Below are positions 17,715 to 28,090 of a DNA stretch of 35,384 nucleotides, in pieces. Under the pieces are notes generated by a model. That model was not told where the DNA came from, did no database searches, and was given only the letters and a program-made list of their open reading frames with translations. Numbering within the stretch: the first letter of the stretch is position 1; every line of letters begins with the position of its first letter. Made by a program: the position numbers and the translations under genes. This stretch comes from a virus (taxonomy: Duplodnaviria > Heunggongvirae > Uroviricota > Caudoviricetes), in the IMG/VR virus record IMGVR_UViG_2684622552_000007, positions 1 to 35,384 of that record; one strand, 5' to 3'.

Positions 17715-18155
17715 ATGGCGCGCCCAACAAAGTATCAAGAGGCGTATGCCGAACAGGCACGCAAACTGTGCTTGCTGGGCTACACCGATGCAGAACTTGC
17801 TGATTTCTTTGAAGTCAGTGAGTCAACTATTAACAAGTGGAAGCTTGATTATCCTAAGTTTTCGGAGTCCATAAAAAAGGGTAAGGCCGTCGCTGATGCA
17901 GAAGTTAGTGACCGTCTTTATCAACGCGCTATGGGCTTCGTGGCTCCAGACATCGATATTCGTGTTATTGAAAACAGAATTGTCGAAACTCCGCTTGAGA
18001 AGTATTACCCGCCTGATACAACTGCCGCCATCTTCTGGCTTAAGAACCGACAGAAGGATAAATGGCGCGACAAGGTTGATCACGAGCTAACAGGCAAAGA
18101 CGGCGGCGCAATCCAGATTGAAACATCACCGATGAGTACTCTATTCGGAAAATGA
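17715..18155 (+). CDS. Terminase small subunit (Sf6-type, N-terminal HTH)
   Basis: 146 aa directly upstream of and overlapping the large terminase; C-terminal GKDGGAIQIETSPMSTLFGK recalled from Sf6 TerS. Confidence 0.7.
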   Translation: MARPTKYQEAYAEQARKLCLLGYTDAELADFFEVSESTINKWKLDYPKFSESIKKGKAVADAEVSDRLYQRAMGFVAPDIDIRVIENRIVETPLEKYYPPDTTAAIFWLKNRQKDKWRDKVDHELTGKDGGAIQIETSPMSTLFGK

Positions 18156-19567
18156 CCTCGATTAATCCTATCTTTGAACCGTTCATTGAGGCGCATCGCT
18201 ACAAAGTCGCCAAAGGCGGTCGAGGTAGCGGTAAGTCATGGGCAATTGCGAGGCTGCTTGTTGAAGCGGCGCGTCGGCAGCCTGTGCGTATTCTCTGCGC
18301 TCGTGAACTGCAAAACAGTATCAGCGATTCGGTAATCCGGTTGCTTGAAGATACCATCGAGCGTGAAGGGTATTCGGCTGAGTTTGAAATTCAGCGTTCA
18401 ATGATTCGTCATCTCGGAACGAATGCTGAATTCATGTTCTACGGCATCAAAAACAACCCGACGAAGATTAAATCGCTCGAAGGCATTGATATCTGCTGGG
18501 TGGAAGAAGCGGAAGCGGTAACAAAGGAATCGTGGGATATCCTGATACCAACCATCCGCAAGCCGTTTTCCGAAATATGGGTGAGCTTTAACCCGAAGAA
18601 CATACTCGACGATACCTATCAGCGATTCGTTGTAAATCCTCCCGATGATATTTGCCTGCTGACGGTGAACTACACCGACAACCCGCACTTTCCTGAAGTT
18701 CTCCGTCTGGAGATGGAAGAGTGCAAACGCAGAAACCCGACACTGTATCGTCACATCTGGCTTGGTGAGCCAGTAAGCGCAAGTGATATGGCAATCATCA
18801 AACGTGAATGGCTTGAAGCCGCAACCGATGCGCACAAGAAACTCGGATGGAAAGCGAAAGGCGCTGTTGTCTCTGCGCATGACCCGTCAGATACAGGGCC
18901 GGATGCTAAAGGTTATGCATCGCGTCACGGTTCGGTTGTTAAGCGCATTGCCGAAGGTCTGCTGATGGACATCAATGAAGGTGCTGACTGGGCAACTTCG
19001 CTGGCGATTGAAGACGGTGCTGACCATTACCTGTGGGATGGTGATGGTGTTGGTGCCGGGCTACGCAGACAGACAACGGAAGCGTTCTCCGGCAAGAAAA
19101 TTACCGCCACGATGTTCAAGGGCAGCGAATCGCCATTCGATGAAGATGCGCCTTATCAGGCCGGAGCATGGGCTGATGAAGTCGTGCAGGGAGACAACGT
19201 TCGCACTATTGGTGATGTATTCCGCAATAAGCGAGCGCAATTCTATTACGCACTGGCTGACAGGCTGTATCTGACATATCGGGCGGTTGTCCACGGTGAG
19301 TATGCAGACCCCGACGACATGCTGAGCTTCGACAAAGAAGCGATAGGCGAGAAGATGCTGGAGAAGCTGTTTGCAGAACTTACGCAGATTCAGCGCAAAT
19401 TCAATAACAACGGGAAGCTGGAGCTTATGACTAAGGTCGAAATGAAGCAGAAGCTCGGTATTCCATCCCCTAACCTGGCTGATGCGCTGATGATGTGTAT
19501 GCATTGCCCAGAGTCGGCTGCGCAACCCGACTATTCCAGTTACTCAATTCCTTGTGGTGTAGGTTGA
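18152..19567 (+). CDS. Terminase large subunit (Sf6/P22-like; ATPase plus nuclease)
   Basis: Walker A KGGRGSGKS, Walker B-like ICWVEEAE; overall match to the Sf6 large terminase by recall. Confidence 0.9.
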   Translation: MTSINPIFEPFIEAHRYKVAKGGRGSGKSWAIARLLVEAARRQPVRILCARELQNSISDSVIRLLEDTIEREGYSAEFEIQRSMIRHLGTNAEFMFYGIKNNPTKIKSLEGIDICWVEEAEAVTKESWDILIPTIRKPFSEIWVSFNPKNILDDTYQRFVVNPPDDICLLTVNYTDNPHFPEVLRLEMEECKRRNPTLYRHIWLGEPVSASDMAIIKREWLEAATDAHKKLGWKAKGAVVSAHDPSDTGPDAKGYASRHGSVVKRIAEGLLMDINEGADWATSLAIEDGADHYLWDGDGVGAGLRRQTTEAFSGKKITATMFKGSESPFDEDAPYQAGAWADEVVQGDNVRTIGDVFRNKRAQFYYALADRLYLTYRAVVHGEYADPDDMLSFDKEAIGEKMLEKLFAELTQIQRKFNNNGKLELMTKVEMKQKLGIPSPNLADALMMCMHCPESAAQPDYSSYSIPCGVG

Positions 19568-19568
19568 T

Positions 19569-21767
19569 ATGGCAGAAAAAAAGATGACTGACTGGCATCG
19601 CAAGGTGCTGTGCAACTTTGATAATGCCTGGTCAGCAACGCAGGATATGCGTGAGCAGATTATTGAGGCTCAACGTTTCGTCCGGGTATCCGGCGCACAG
19701 TGGGAAGGCAGCACAAACGCTGGTTACTCATTTGATGAAGGCAGGTTTGAGCATTACCCGCGCTTTGAACTGAATAAGATTGCCCGTGAATGTGATCGCA
19801 TCATTGGCGAGTATCGACAGAATCGCATCAGCGTTAAATTCAGGCCGAAGGACGACAAGGCATCGGAAGCGTTAGCCGAAAAGATGAACGGCAAATTCCG
19901 TGCTGACTATCAGGAAACATCCGGTGGCGAAGCGTGTGATAACGCATTTGATGATGCTGTAACGGGCGGATTCGGTTGTTTCCGCATGTGTGCCGATTAC
20001 GAAGATGAAATGGATCCGAGTAACGAGCAGCGACGCATCAGCCTTCTTCCTGTTTACGACCCAGCGACATGCGTCTTCTTCGATCAGGACAGCAAGCAAT
20101 ATGACCGTTCTGATGCTATGTGGGCTATGGAAATGTTCTCCATGACGCCTAAAGCGTTCGAGGCTGAATACCCTGATTCCATCGCGGCAAGCCTTTCTCG
20201 TGATGACACTGGCACTCAATATGACTGGTCAACGCCAGATGCCATCTATGTTGGGCGCTACTACGAAGTTCGCATAGAGAAGGTGAAGCTCACGGCATGG
20301 CGCAACCCTGTTAGCGGAGAAACGGCAATCTATGATGAAGAGCAAATCAAAGATGTTGTTGACGAGCTGACCGATGGCGCATTCGGACTGATTGGCGAGC
20401 GGACAGTGAAGAAACGCCGCGTTTATTGCGGCCTTCTGTCTGGCGCTGAATGGCTGGAAGAACCGAAGCGTATTCCGGGCGAACATATTCCTCTCATCCC
20501 GGTATATGGGCGTCGCTCATTTGTTGATAATCAGGAGCGAATCGAAGGCCACGCTGCAAAAGCGATGGATGCACAGCGTCTTGAGAACCTGATGGTTTCC
20601 ATGATTGCAGATAACGCTACTCAGGCTGGCGGTGATGGCATTCCTATCGTGGATGTTGATTTCATTCCCGGTCCATTAATGAATCACTGGGCAGAGAGGA
20701 ATAAGAAAAGACCTGCAGTTCTTCCCATGACCAGCAAGAAGGACAAAAACGGAACGGTCATTTCAGAGGCACAGGTTGCTGGCTGGACTCCTCCAACACA
20801 AATGCCCCCCGCACTTGCCGGGCTGTTGCAGTACACCGGAACGGCTATTCAGCAAATTACGGGTGCGTCGCAGCTTGAGAACATGCCGAGCAACGTCGCT
20901 ACCGATACCGTTGATAGCATCTTTAACCGGATGGACACGCAGTCCTATATCTACATGGACAACATGGCTAAATCCATGCGCCGCGCTGGCGTCGTGTGGC
21001 TTTCTATGGCGCGTGAGGTCTATGGCAGTGATACGCCGATGCGTATCGTTAATGAGGACGGCAGCGATGACGTGGCGCTGATGACTGGTGAAGTGGTTGA
21101 CCGTCAGACAGGGCAGGTTATCGCGCTTAACGACCTTTCGCAGGGTAACTATGAAGTGACTGTCGATGTTGGTCAGTCGTTCGCTACTCGCCGTGATGCA
21201 ACGGTTAAGTCGTTACTTTCCATGCTGGCACTTATCCCACCAGGAACGCCGAAGCACGACCTTGTATCGTCGATGATTCTCGACAATATGGACGGCGAAG
21301 GGATGGACGACCTTAAAGAATACAACCGCAATCAGTTGCTTCTGTCTGGAGTTATCAAGCCGAGAACGCCAGAAGAGCAGCAGATGGTTGAGCAGGCGAA
21401 ACAACAACAGGCCAGTCAGCCAGATCCGGCTATGGTTGCAGCGCAAGGTCAGCTTCTTGCTGGTCAGGCTGAATTGCAGAAAGCGCAGAACGAACAGGCA
21501 GCCATTCAGGTTAAAGCATTCCAGGCACAGACGGATGCTCAGGTTGCTGCGGCAAATGTTGTGAAAATCCTCGCATCTGCCGATAGTCAGCAGAAATCTG
21601 ATATCCGCGAGGCTCTGAAACTGCTCGGACAGTTCCAGCAACAGCAAGGAGACAATGCCCGTGCTGATGCAGAGCTTGTCCTGAAGAGTCAGGCGCAGGG
21701 CCATGCGCAGCGCATGGACATCAACAGCATCCTGCAAAAATCAACTCAGCAACAACCACAGCAGTAA
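19569..21767 (+). CDS. Portal protein (P22 gp1-like, 732 aa)
   Basis: Conserved blocks YYEV...KRRRVY...GEHIP.IPV.G and C-terminal Gln-rich helical barrel region resemble the P22 portal (recall). Confidence 0.9.
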   Translation: MAEKKMTDWHRKVLCNFDNAWSATQDMREQIIEAQRFVRVSGAQWEGSTNAGYSFDEGRFEHYPRFELNKIARECDRIIGEYRQNRISVKFRPKDDKASEALAEKMNGKFRADYQETSGGEACDNAFDDAVTGGFGCFRMCADYEDEMDPSNEQRRISLLPVYDPATCVFFDQDSKQYDRSDAMWAMEMFSMTPKAFEAEYPDSIAASLSRDDTGTQYDWSTPDAIYVGRYYEVRIEKVKLTAWRNPVSGETAIYDEEQIKDVVDELTDGAFGLIGERTVKKRRVYCGLLSGAEWLEEPKRIPGEHIPLIPVYGRRSFVDNQERIEGHAAKAMDAQRLENLMVSMIADNATQAGGDGIPIVDVDFIPGPLMNHWAERNKKRPAVLPMTSKKDKNGTVISEAQVAGWTPPTQMPPALAGLLQYTGTAIQQITGASQLENMPSNVATDTVDSIFNRMDTQSYIYMDNMAKSMRRAGVVWLSMAREVYGSDTPMRIVNEDGSDDVALMTGEVVDRQTGQVIALNDLSQGNYEVTVDVGQSFATRRDATVKSLLSMLALIPPGTPKHDLVSSMILDNMDGEGMDDLKEYNRNQLLLSGVIKPRTPEEQQMVEQAKQQQASQPDPAMVAAQGQLLAGQAELQKAQNEQAAIQVKAFQAQTDAQVAAANVVKILASADSQQKSDIREALKLLGQFQQQQGDNARADAELVLKSQAQGHAQRMDINSILQKSTQQQPQQ

Positions 21768-21857
21768 TTAACCCATAACGTGCAATGGCTGTCTTTATGA
21801 GGCCTTGCACCCTATTGCCTTCCGATGGGCTGAACATCGAGTAAACAGGGGTAACAA

Positions 21858-22751
21858 ATGGACCAGATGGCAGAAAACACACCAGAAGTTGAAATCGAAA
21901 CCGACGCGTCAGAGCAGATTCCTGATGATGTCGAACTGGCTGAAGAAGTCGAAACAGAAGATGGCAGTGAGTCCTCCGGCAATGATGTAGAGGAAGCTAC
22001 TGAAACTGATGCCGACGAATCAGAACAGGAATTCTACTTTGGTGACGAAAAGCTGGATTCGCTAACCAGCGAAGATGGCGCAGAGCATGGACTGGTAAAA
22101 CACCTGCGCAAGACGATTAAAGAGAAAGACCGTGAGCTGAAAGAGCTGATGCGTCAGTCTCAGAAACCCGTCGAGCAGCAGCCGGTAATCACTCAACCAC
22201 CGCGAATGCCAAAACTGGATGATGAGGACATCGGTTTCGATGAAGAAATCTACCAGCAACGCATGGCTAAGTGGGCGGAGGACAACGGCAAATACCAGCA
22301 ACAGGAGATGGCTCGCAAGCAGAAGGAGCAGGAGCTTCAGGCTGCCTATCAAGAGCGATTATCCAAATATCAGCAACGTGTTAAGGCTCTCAAGGTTCCT
22401 GGCTATCAGGAAGCTGAACAGGCCGTACTCGAGGAAATCCCCATCGAGACACAAAACGCGATCCTGTTTGAGTCAGAGAAGCCGGAAATCGTTGTTCTGG
22501 CGCTCGGTCGCAACGCTGAACTGCGCAAGCAACTGGCAGAAGCTACCAACCCCGTAGCAATCGGTCGTCTGCTGGAACGTATCGAATCGAAGGCCAGAAT
22601 CATGCCAAAAGCAAAAACCACGGCAGCCACAACCCCGACAGTTAAGGGGAGCAACGGCGCAGTAATCAATAACCTCGACAAACTGAAAGCCAAGGCGCTG
22701 GAAACTGGTGACTGGACGCCGTATTTCGCCGCTAAAAAGGCAAAAAAATAA
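21858..22751 (+). CDS. Scaffolding protein (P22 gp8 analogue)
   Basis: Acidic N-terminus, extended coiled-coil and basic C-terminal helix-turn-helix-like tail; position between portal and coat. Confidence 0.7.
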   Translation: MDQMAENTPEVEIETDASEQIPDDVELAEEVETEDGSESSGNDVEEATETDADESEQEFYFGDEKLDSLTSEDGAEHGLVKHLRKTIKEKDRELKELMRQSQKPVEQQPVITQPPRMPKLDDEDIGFDEEIYQQRMAKWAEDNGKYQQQEMARKQKEQELQAAYQERLSKYQQRVKALKVPGYQEAEQAVLEEIPIETQNAILFESEKPEIVVLALGRNAELRKQLAEATNPVAIGRLLERIESKARIMPKAKTTAATTPTVKGSNGAVINNLDKLKAKALETGDWTPYFAAKKAKK

Positions 22752-22769
22752 CCTATCGGAGCATTAAGC

Positions 22770-24023
22770 ATGGCTAACCAATTAGCAAAAGACCTTGAAA
22801 TCATGTTCGAAAACTACGTTGAAGGCTTTGAGGCCGCCTGCGTAGTTTCCCGTAACGCTAAAAAATTCCGTCCCGGTGATACAGCAATGCAGCGAGCAGG
22901 TGATGTTCTGTATCGTCCGCAGCATTACCACATGAACATTGAAGAAGGCCTCGATCTCAGCAGCAAAACGCCAACAGCACTGGTTCAGCGCCTTGTTCCT
23001 TCTGTGTTCAAGGAGCCGAAAAACATTCTGTACACTCTGGATGCGCGTGAAATGCGTGACCCTGAGCATAAAACTGAAGCTGGTCGCGCCGCAGGTATGC
23101 GCCTTGCTGCACAGATTGACTCTGACCTGATTTCCATGGTCACGCAGCGTGCTACTAACGTGATCACAATGGCTGACTCAACCACTGGTTCACAGGGCCG
23201 TGATTTGTGGAACTGTGCGGCAGGTATTGATGCCACCATGACGGCGATTGGTGTACCACAGGGTATCAACCGCCGCTCTTTCTGGAACCCCTTCAACTAC
23301 AAAGACCTTGCTGGCGAGCTTGGTCACCGTGCCTATGCTCAGGGCGCAACCCTGACAGCATACGAAAAAGCGCAGATCCCTCCGGTTGCTTCCTTCGATA
23401 GCTACAAGACCGATATTTCTGGTCGTGTTCCGAAGGGTACAGCAACTTCCATTACGCTGGCAGCAGCACCTGCGCACAAGGTTGAAGCGAAAGATGCTAA
23501 CGATATGCCAGTGGATAACCGACAGGGGACCATTACGGTATCTGCTGAAGGTTTGCAGGTTGGCGATGCGTTTACCATTGCAGGGGTGAATTCTGTACAC
23601 CAGATCACCAAAGATACCACCGGGCAGCCGCAGGTATTCCGCGTTCTGGCAGTAAGCGGAACGACAGTAACTATCTCCCCGAAAATTCTGCCGCCTGACA
23701 ACGCGGATGTCGCCAGCCGACCATATGCAAACGTTGATGCTAACGCGGCAAATAGCGCAGCAATCACCATTCTCAACAAGAATGCCGCACCGGCTAACCT
23801 GTTCTGGGCTGATGGTTCTGTTGAACTGATGTACGGCAAACTGGCGTTCCCGACTGGTCAGGGTCCACAGGTAATGACAGCAACCACCGAGCAGGGCGCT
23901 ACGCTGATCATGTCTTACGCCTTCGACCACATCAAAGGCGTAACCACTGCGCGTTTCACCACTCTGTACGGTTGCTCTGTACTTGTTCCTGAATATACGG
24001 GCATCGTTATTGCCGGGCAGTAA
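22770..24023 (+). CDS. Major capsid (coat) protein (P22 gp5-like, HK97 fold with insertion domain)
   Basis: 417 aa after the scaffold gene; blocks such as NVDNRQGTITVSA and FWADGSVEL resemble P22 coat (recall). Confidence 0.8.
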   Translation: MANQLAKDLEIMFENYVEGFEAACVVSRNAKKFRPGDTAMQRAGDVLYRPQHYHMNIEEGLDLSSKTPTALVQRLVPSVFKEPKNILYTLDAREMRDPEHKTEAGRAAGMRLAAQIDSDLISMVTQRATNVITMADSTTGSQGRDLWNCAAGIDATMTAIGVPQGINRRSFWNPFNYKDLAGELGHRAYAQGATLTAYEKAQIPPVASFDSYKTDISGRVPKGTATSITLAAAPAHKVEAKDANDMPVDNRQGTITVSAEGLQVGDAFTIAGVNSVHQITKDTTGQPQVFRVLAVSGTTVTISPKILPPDNADVASRPYANVDANAANSAAITILNKNAAPANLFWADGSVELMYGKLAFPTGQGPQVMTATTEQGATLIMSYAFDHIKGVTTARFTTLYGCSVLVPEYTGIVIAGQ

Positions 24024-24030
24024 TTTTGGT

Positions 24031-24053
24031 GGGGCTTCGGCCCCATTTTTATT
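24031..24053 (+). terminator. Intrinsic terminator immediately downstream of the coat gene
   Basis: GGGGC-TTCG-GCCCC tetraloop hairpin followed by ATTTTTATT. Confidence 0.6.
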
Positions 24054-24064
24054 GGGAGAAGACA

Positions 24065-24253
24065 ATGGCACGAACAATGCTCTATAAGCCTGGCAACATG
24101 ATCACCTGTGGTCAGTTTGCTGTCGATTACATCATTGTTGATGGCGAAGAAGTTAAATCTCACCTGAAAAAAGGTTGGGTAAAAACTCCTGAAGAAACCG
24201 CAACGAAGCAAAAAGTGGCTAAGGCGGAAGAAGATGGCGAAAACGAAGGGTGA
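24065..24253 (+). CDS. Small hypothetical late protein (62 aa)
   Basis: ATG 24065 preceded by GGGAGAAG SD; the track start at 24026 is a non-ATG extension that would run through the terminator hairpin. Confidence 0.45.
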   Translation: MARTMLYKPGNMITCGQFAVDYIIVDGEEVKSHLKKGWVKTPEETATKQKVAKAEEDGENEG

Positions 24254-24695
24254 TCTCGTTCTAAAGGCTTTACGAAAAGCCGGGCTGTATTCCAATGCCA
24301 CGTTGACAGATGCTGACCCTCAGGCAATTGAAGATGCCATTAATGACCTCGAAGACATGATGGCAGCATGGCAGGCGAAAGGTATCGAGCTTGGGTATCA
24401 GTTTGCTGATACAGAAAACGGCATCATGCCGTTACCTGACGATGATTCAGGCATCCCTGCATGGGCAAATGATGGCGTCGCTTTGAAACTCGCTGTGCAA
24501 GTGTGCATGGATAACGTCATTCAGCCGTCAGACGCTCTCCTTACCGCTGCTGACAGTGCATATCAAACAATCTGTATCGCTTTAACCAAAATACCACCAC
24601 TTGAGCGGCGAAATGACATGCCTCGCGGTAGTGGTAACAAAAGCGCGTTTACGTGGAATCGGTTTTACATCGAGAAAGATGATCCGAGTACGTGA
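24234..24695 (+). CDS. Head-completion / tail-adaptor protein (P22 gp4-like)
   Basis: KTKGDLVLKALRKAGLYSNATLTDADPQAIEDAINDLEDMMAAW resembles P22 gp4 (recall). Confidence 0.7.
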   Translation: MAKTKGDLVLKALRKAGLYSNATLTDADPQAIEDAINDLEDMMAAWQAKGIELGYQFADTENGIMPLPDDDSGIPAWANDGVALKLAVQVCMDNVIQPSDALLTAADSAYQTICIALTKIPPLERRNDMPRGSGNKSAFTWNRFYIEKDDPST

Positions 24696-24704
24696 GGTGA
24701 ATAA

Positions 24705-26123
24705 ATGCCGATTCAGCAACTTCCGCTTATGAAAGGTGTCGGCAAAGATTTCCGAAACGCTGACTATATCGACTATCTGCCAGTGAATATGCTGGCTACA
24801 CCCAAAGAAATCCTCAACAGCAGCGGATATCTTCGCTCATTCCCGGGCATTGCAAAACGTTCTGATGTGAACGGTGTATCTCGCGGCGTCGAGTACAACA
24901 TGGCGCAGAATGCTGTTTATCGTGTGTGTGGTGGCAAGCTGTACAAAGGAGAAAGTGAAGTCGGTGACGTTGCCGGAAGTGGTCGCGTATCAATGGCGCA
25001 TGGTCGTACATCACAGGCGGTAGGGGTTAACGGGAAACTGGTCGAGTATCGCTATGATGGCACGATTAAAACCGTCTCAAACTGGCCTACAGACAGCGGA
25101 TTCACGCAGTATGAGTTAGGTTCGGTTCGTGACATTACTCGCTTACGTGGGCGTTATGCGTGGTCAAAAGACGGTACTGATTCATGGTTCATCACTGACC
25201 TTGAAGACGAATCGCATCCTGACCGATACAGCGCACAATATCGCGCAGAATCGCAGCCGGACGGTATCATCGGCATAGGTACATGGCGAGACTTCATCGT
25301 CTGCTTTGGTTCATCGACGATTGAATATTTCTCCCTGACTGGTGCAACTACCGTTGGTGCCGCTTTGTATGTCGCACAGCCATCGCTGATGGTGCAGAAA
25401 GGTATTGCCGGAACTTACTGCAAAACGCCGTTTGCTGATTCATATGCGTTCATCAGCAATCCGGCAACAGGTGCGCCGTCTGTGTATATCATCGGCTCCG
25501 GTCAGGTATCACCAATCGCCAGCGCGAGCATTGAGAAAATCCTCCGCTCCTACACTGCTGATGAACTGGCTGATGGCGTGATGGAATCGTTGCGGTTTGA
25601 TGCTCATGAGTTGCTGATTATTCACCTGCCGCGCCATGTTCTTGTTTACGACGCATCTTCAAGCGCTAATGGTCCGCAATGGTGTGTGCTGAAAACAGGC
25701 CTGTATGACGATGTGTACCGCGCTATCGACTTCATTTACGAAGGCAATCAGATAACGTGCGGCGATAAGCTGGAATCTGTTACCGGGAAACTGCAATTCG
25801 ACATCAGCAGCCAGTACGACAAGCAACAGGAACACCTGCTGTTTACTCCACTTTTCAAAGCAGATAACGCCAGATGCTTTGATCTGGAGGTGGAATCATC
25901 GACTGGTGTTGCGCAGTATGCTGACCGCCTTTTTCTCTCTGCAACCACTGACGGCATCAATTACGGGCGTGAGCAGATGATTGAGCAGAATGAACCGTTC
26001 GTTTACGACAAGCGTGTTTTGTGGAAGCGAGTAGGGCGCATCAGGAAAAATGTCGGCTTCAAATTGCGCGTTATCACGAAGTCACCTGTCACTCTGTCTG
26101 GCGCTCAGATAAGGATTGAGTAA
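24705..26123 (+). CDS. Tail hub / head-completion protein (P22 gp10-like, 472 aa)
   Basis: [49 protein letters not shown]... near-identical to P22 gp10 by recall. Confidence 0.85.
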   Translation: MPIQQLPLMKGVGKDFRNADYIDYLPVNMLATPKEILNSSGYLRSFPGIAKRSDVNGVSRGVEYNMAQNAVYRVCGGKLYKGESEVGDVAGSGRVSMAHGRTSQAVGVNGKLVEYRYDGTIKTVSNWPTDSGFTQYELGSVRDITRLRGRYAWSKDGTDSWFITDLEDESHPDRYSAQYRAESQPDGIIGIGTWRDFIVCFGSSTIEYFSLTGATTVGAALYVAQPSLMVQKGIAGTYCKTPFADSYAFISNPATGAPSVYIIGSGQVSPIASASIEKILRSYTADELADGVMESLRFDAHELLIIHLPRHVLVYDASSSANGPQWCVLKTGLYDDVYRAIDFIYEGNQITCGDKLESVTGKLQFDISSQYDKQQEHLLFTPLFKADNARCFDLEVESSTGVAQYADRLFLSATTDGINYGREQMIEQNEPFVYDKRVLWKRVGRIRKNVGFKLRVITKSPVTLSGAQIRIE

Positions 26124-26971
26124 TGGCTGATTCGAATCTCAACACCCCTGTTATTGTGCAGGCGACGCGGCTCGATACATCAATCCTTCCACGCAATATC
26201 TTCTCGCAGTCATATCTGCTGTACGTTATCGCACAGGGTGCTGATGTTGGTAACGTGGCGAACAAGGCTAACGAGGCCGGACAGGGCGCTTATGATGCAC
26301 AGGTCAGGAACGATGAGCAGGATGTGATACTGGTCAATCACGAAATTCGACTGGCATCGGCCGAAGCGAAGATACAGGACCACGAAACAAGGATCACTAA
26401 CGCAGAAGCGGCGATAGTCGGCCTTGATTCACGATTAACGACAGCAGAAAACGATATTGATTATCTGACGGATGAAGTTGTCGCCATTCAAAACACGCTT
26501 TCAGACCATGAATCGCGCATCGATGCTCTGGAGTATGCCACTACTCGCAAGAAGTCAGAGGTTGTTTACTCTGGCGTATCTGTAACCATCCCGACAGCGC
26601 CGACTAACCTTGTTAGCCTGCTGAAAACGCTCACTCCGTCATCAGGAACATTAGCACCATTCTTCGACACCGTTAACAACAAGATGGTTGTGTTCAACGA
26701 GAACAAAACCTTGTTCTTCAAGCTGTCGATCGTCGGGACGTGGCCCAGCGGAACCGCCAACAGGTCAATGCAGCTAACCTTTTCCGGCTCTGTTCCTGAC
26801 ACGCTGGTAAGCAGTCGCAACTCGGCAACAACAACCGACAACATCCTGTTAGCTACGTTCTTCAGCGTGGATAAAGACGGCTTTCTTGCCACTAATGGCA
26901 GTACGTTAACCATTCAGTCAAATGGTGCGGCGTTTACTGCCACAACCATCAAAATCATTGCGGAGCAGTGA
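26123..26971 (+). CDS. Tail needle (P22 gp26-like N-terminus with a C-terminal knob as in Sf6 gp9)
   Basis: [43 protein letters not shown]... matches the gp26 N-terminal tip; 282 aa length and beta-rich C-terminus suggest an Sf6-type knob. Confidence 0.8.
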   Translation: MADSNLNTPVIVQATRLDTSILPRNIFSQSYLLYVIAQGADVGNVANKANEAGQGAYDAQVRNDEQDVILVNHEIRLASAEAKIQDHETRITNAEAAIVGLDSRLTTAENDIDYLTDEVVAIQNTLSDHESRIDALEYATTRKKSEVVYSGVSVTIPTAPTNLVSLLKTLTPSSGTLAPFFDTVNNKMVVFNENKTLFFKLSIVGTWPSGTANRSMQLTFSGSVPDTLVSSRNSATTTDNILLATFFSVDKDGFLATNGSTLTIQSNGAAFTATTIKIIAEQ

Positions 26972-27450
26972 TGAAAATAAAGCTCATCGATAACCCGGTG
27001 AAGCTTGCAGAATTCCTCAACAACCCGGCAAACACGGGAAATATCGTAGACAGTGGAGATAAATACTACATCAAGCCTGATGCGGTATACCTCGGCATCT
27101 ACGAAGGATTAGTGCTGGCTGGCGTTCATGAAGTGCGTAACTTCTGGCATAGCGTTGTTGAATGCCATGCGGTGTACGACCCCGGATTCCGTGGTGAATA
27201 TGCACTGCAAGGTCATCGATTATTCTGCAAATGGCTTCTCGAAAACTCACCATTCCTTAACAGCATCACCATGGTTCCTGACACCACCAAATACGGACGG
27301 GCAATTATCCGTTTGCTTGGCGCTACCCGTGTTGGTCACCTTGATGATGCTTATACCAGCAATGGAAAGCCTGTAGGCATCACGATTTATCAGTTACCGC
27401 GCTCAAAATACGAGGAGCTAAAGAATGTTAATTTTCCAGATTGCCAATAA
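26968..27450 (+). CDS. Head-assembly/plug protein (P22 gp14 position)
   Basis: Synteny (after tail needle, before ejection proteins); 160 aa; TGATGA coupling with the needle gene. Confidence 0.55.
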   Translation: MMKIKLIDNPVKLAEFLNNPANTGNIVDSGDKYYIKPDAVYLGIYEGLVLAGVHEVRNFWHSVVECHAVYDPGFRGEYALQGHRLFCKWLLENSPFLNSITMVPDTTKYGRAIIRLLGATRVGHLDDAYTSNGKPVGITIYQLPRSKYEELKNVNFPDCQ

Positions 27451-28078
27451 GCACCTCAGCAAAACTGTTTACTGCAAAGGTGGCAGTGATGGCGGTTCAA
27501 AAGCCCAGGCACGCGCAACTGAAAAGGGCATCGAACTGCAGCGTGAAATGTGGCAAACGAACATGCAAAACCTTGCACCGTTCACGCCACTCGCTCAACA
27601 GTACGTATCAGAGTTGCAGAATCTTTCCTCTCTTCAGGGGCAAGGTCAGGCGCTTAACCAGTATTACAACTCCCAGCAGTACAAAGACCTTGCTGGTCAG
27701 GCGCGTTATCAGAGTCTTGCTGCAGCAGAGGCAACGGGTGGATTAGGCTCTACAGCGACAGGAAACCAGTTGGCAGCAATCGCACCTACACTCGGTCAAA
27801 ACTGGTTGTCAGGTCAGATGAACAACTACAACAATCTGGCAAATATTGGCCTTGGCGCTCTTACAGGTCAGGCAAACGCCGGACAGAACTATGCCAACAA
27901 CGTCAGCCAGTTGTATCAACAGCAGGCGGCAGCAGCGGCAGCAAATGCCAATAAACCGTCTGGCTTTCAGAGTGCTCTCGGTGGAGCTGCGGCAGGTGCT
28001 GCGATGGGGACTGCAATCATGCCTGGTTGGGGTACAGCAATTGGTGCTGGCGTCGGCCTTCTTGGTTCACTGTTTTAA
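27425..28078 (+). CDS. Ejection (internal) protein, P22 gp7 position
   Basis: Synteny; Gln/Asn/Ala/Gly-rich low-complexity protein with a hydrophobic Gly-rich C-terminus; GGAG SD upstream of ATG. Confidence 0.55.
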   Translation: MLIFQIANKHLSKTVYCKGGSDGGSKAQARATEKGIELQREMWQTNMQNLAPFTPLAQQYVSELQNLSSLQGQGQALNQYYNSQQYKDLAGQARYQSLAAAEATGGLGSTATGNQLAAIAPTLGQNWLSGQMNNYNNLANIGLGALTGQANAGQNYANNVSQLYQQQAAAAAANANKPSGFQSALGGAAAGAAMGTAIMPGWGTAIGAGVGLLGSLF

Positions 28079-28090
28079 TGGAGGTGTCTC

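Noticed and set aside
18398-19525. Minus-strand ORFs (160 aa and 154 aa) inside the large terminase gene
   Set aside because: Antisense to a highly conserved terminase; shadow ORFs.
21213-22804. Minus-strand ORFs antisense to portal and scaffold (174 aa, 96 aa, 132 aa)
   Set aside because: Shadow ORFs opposite well-supported late genes.
23190-24077. 295-aa ORF on the minus strand antisense to the coat gene
   Set aside because: Lies entirely opposite a confidently assigned structural gene, has no SD or promoter context, and long antisense ORFs are expected in GC-balanced coding DNA.
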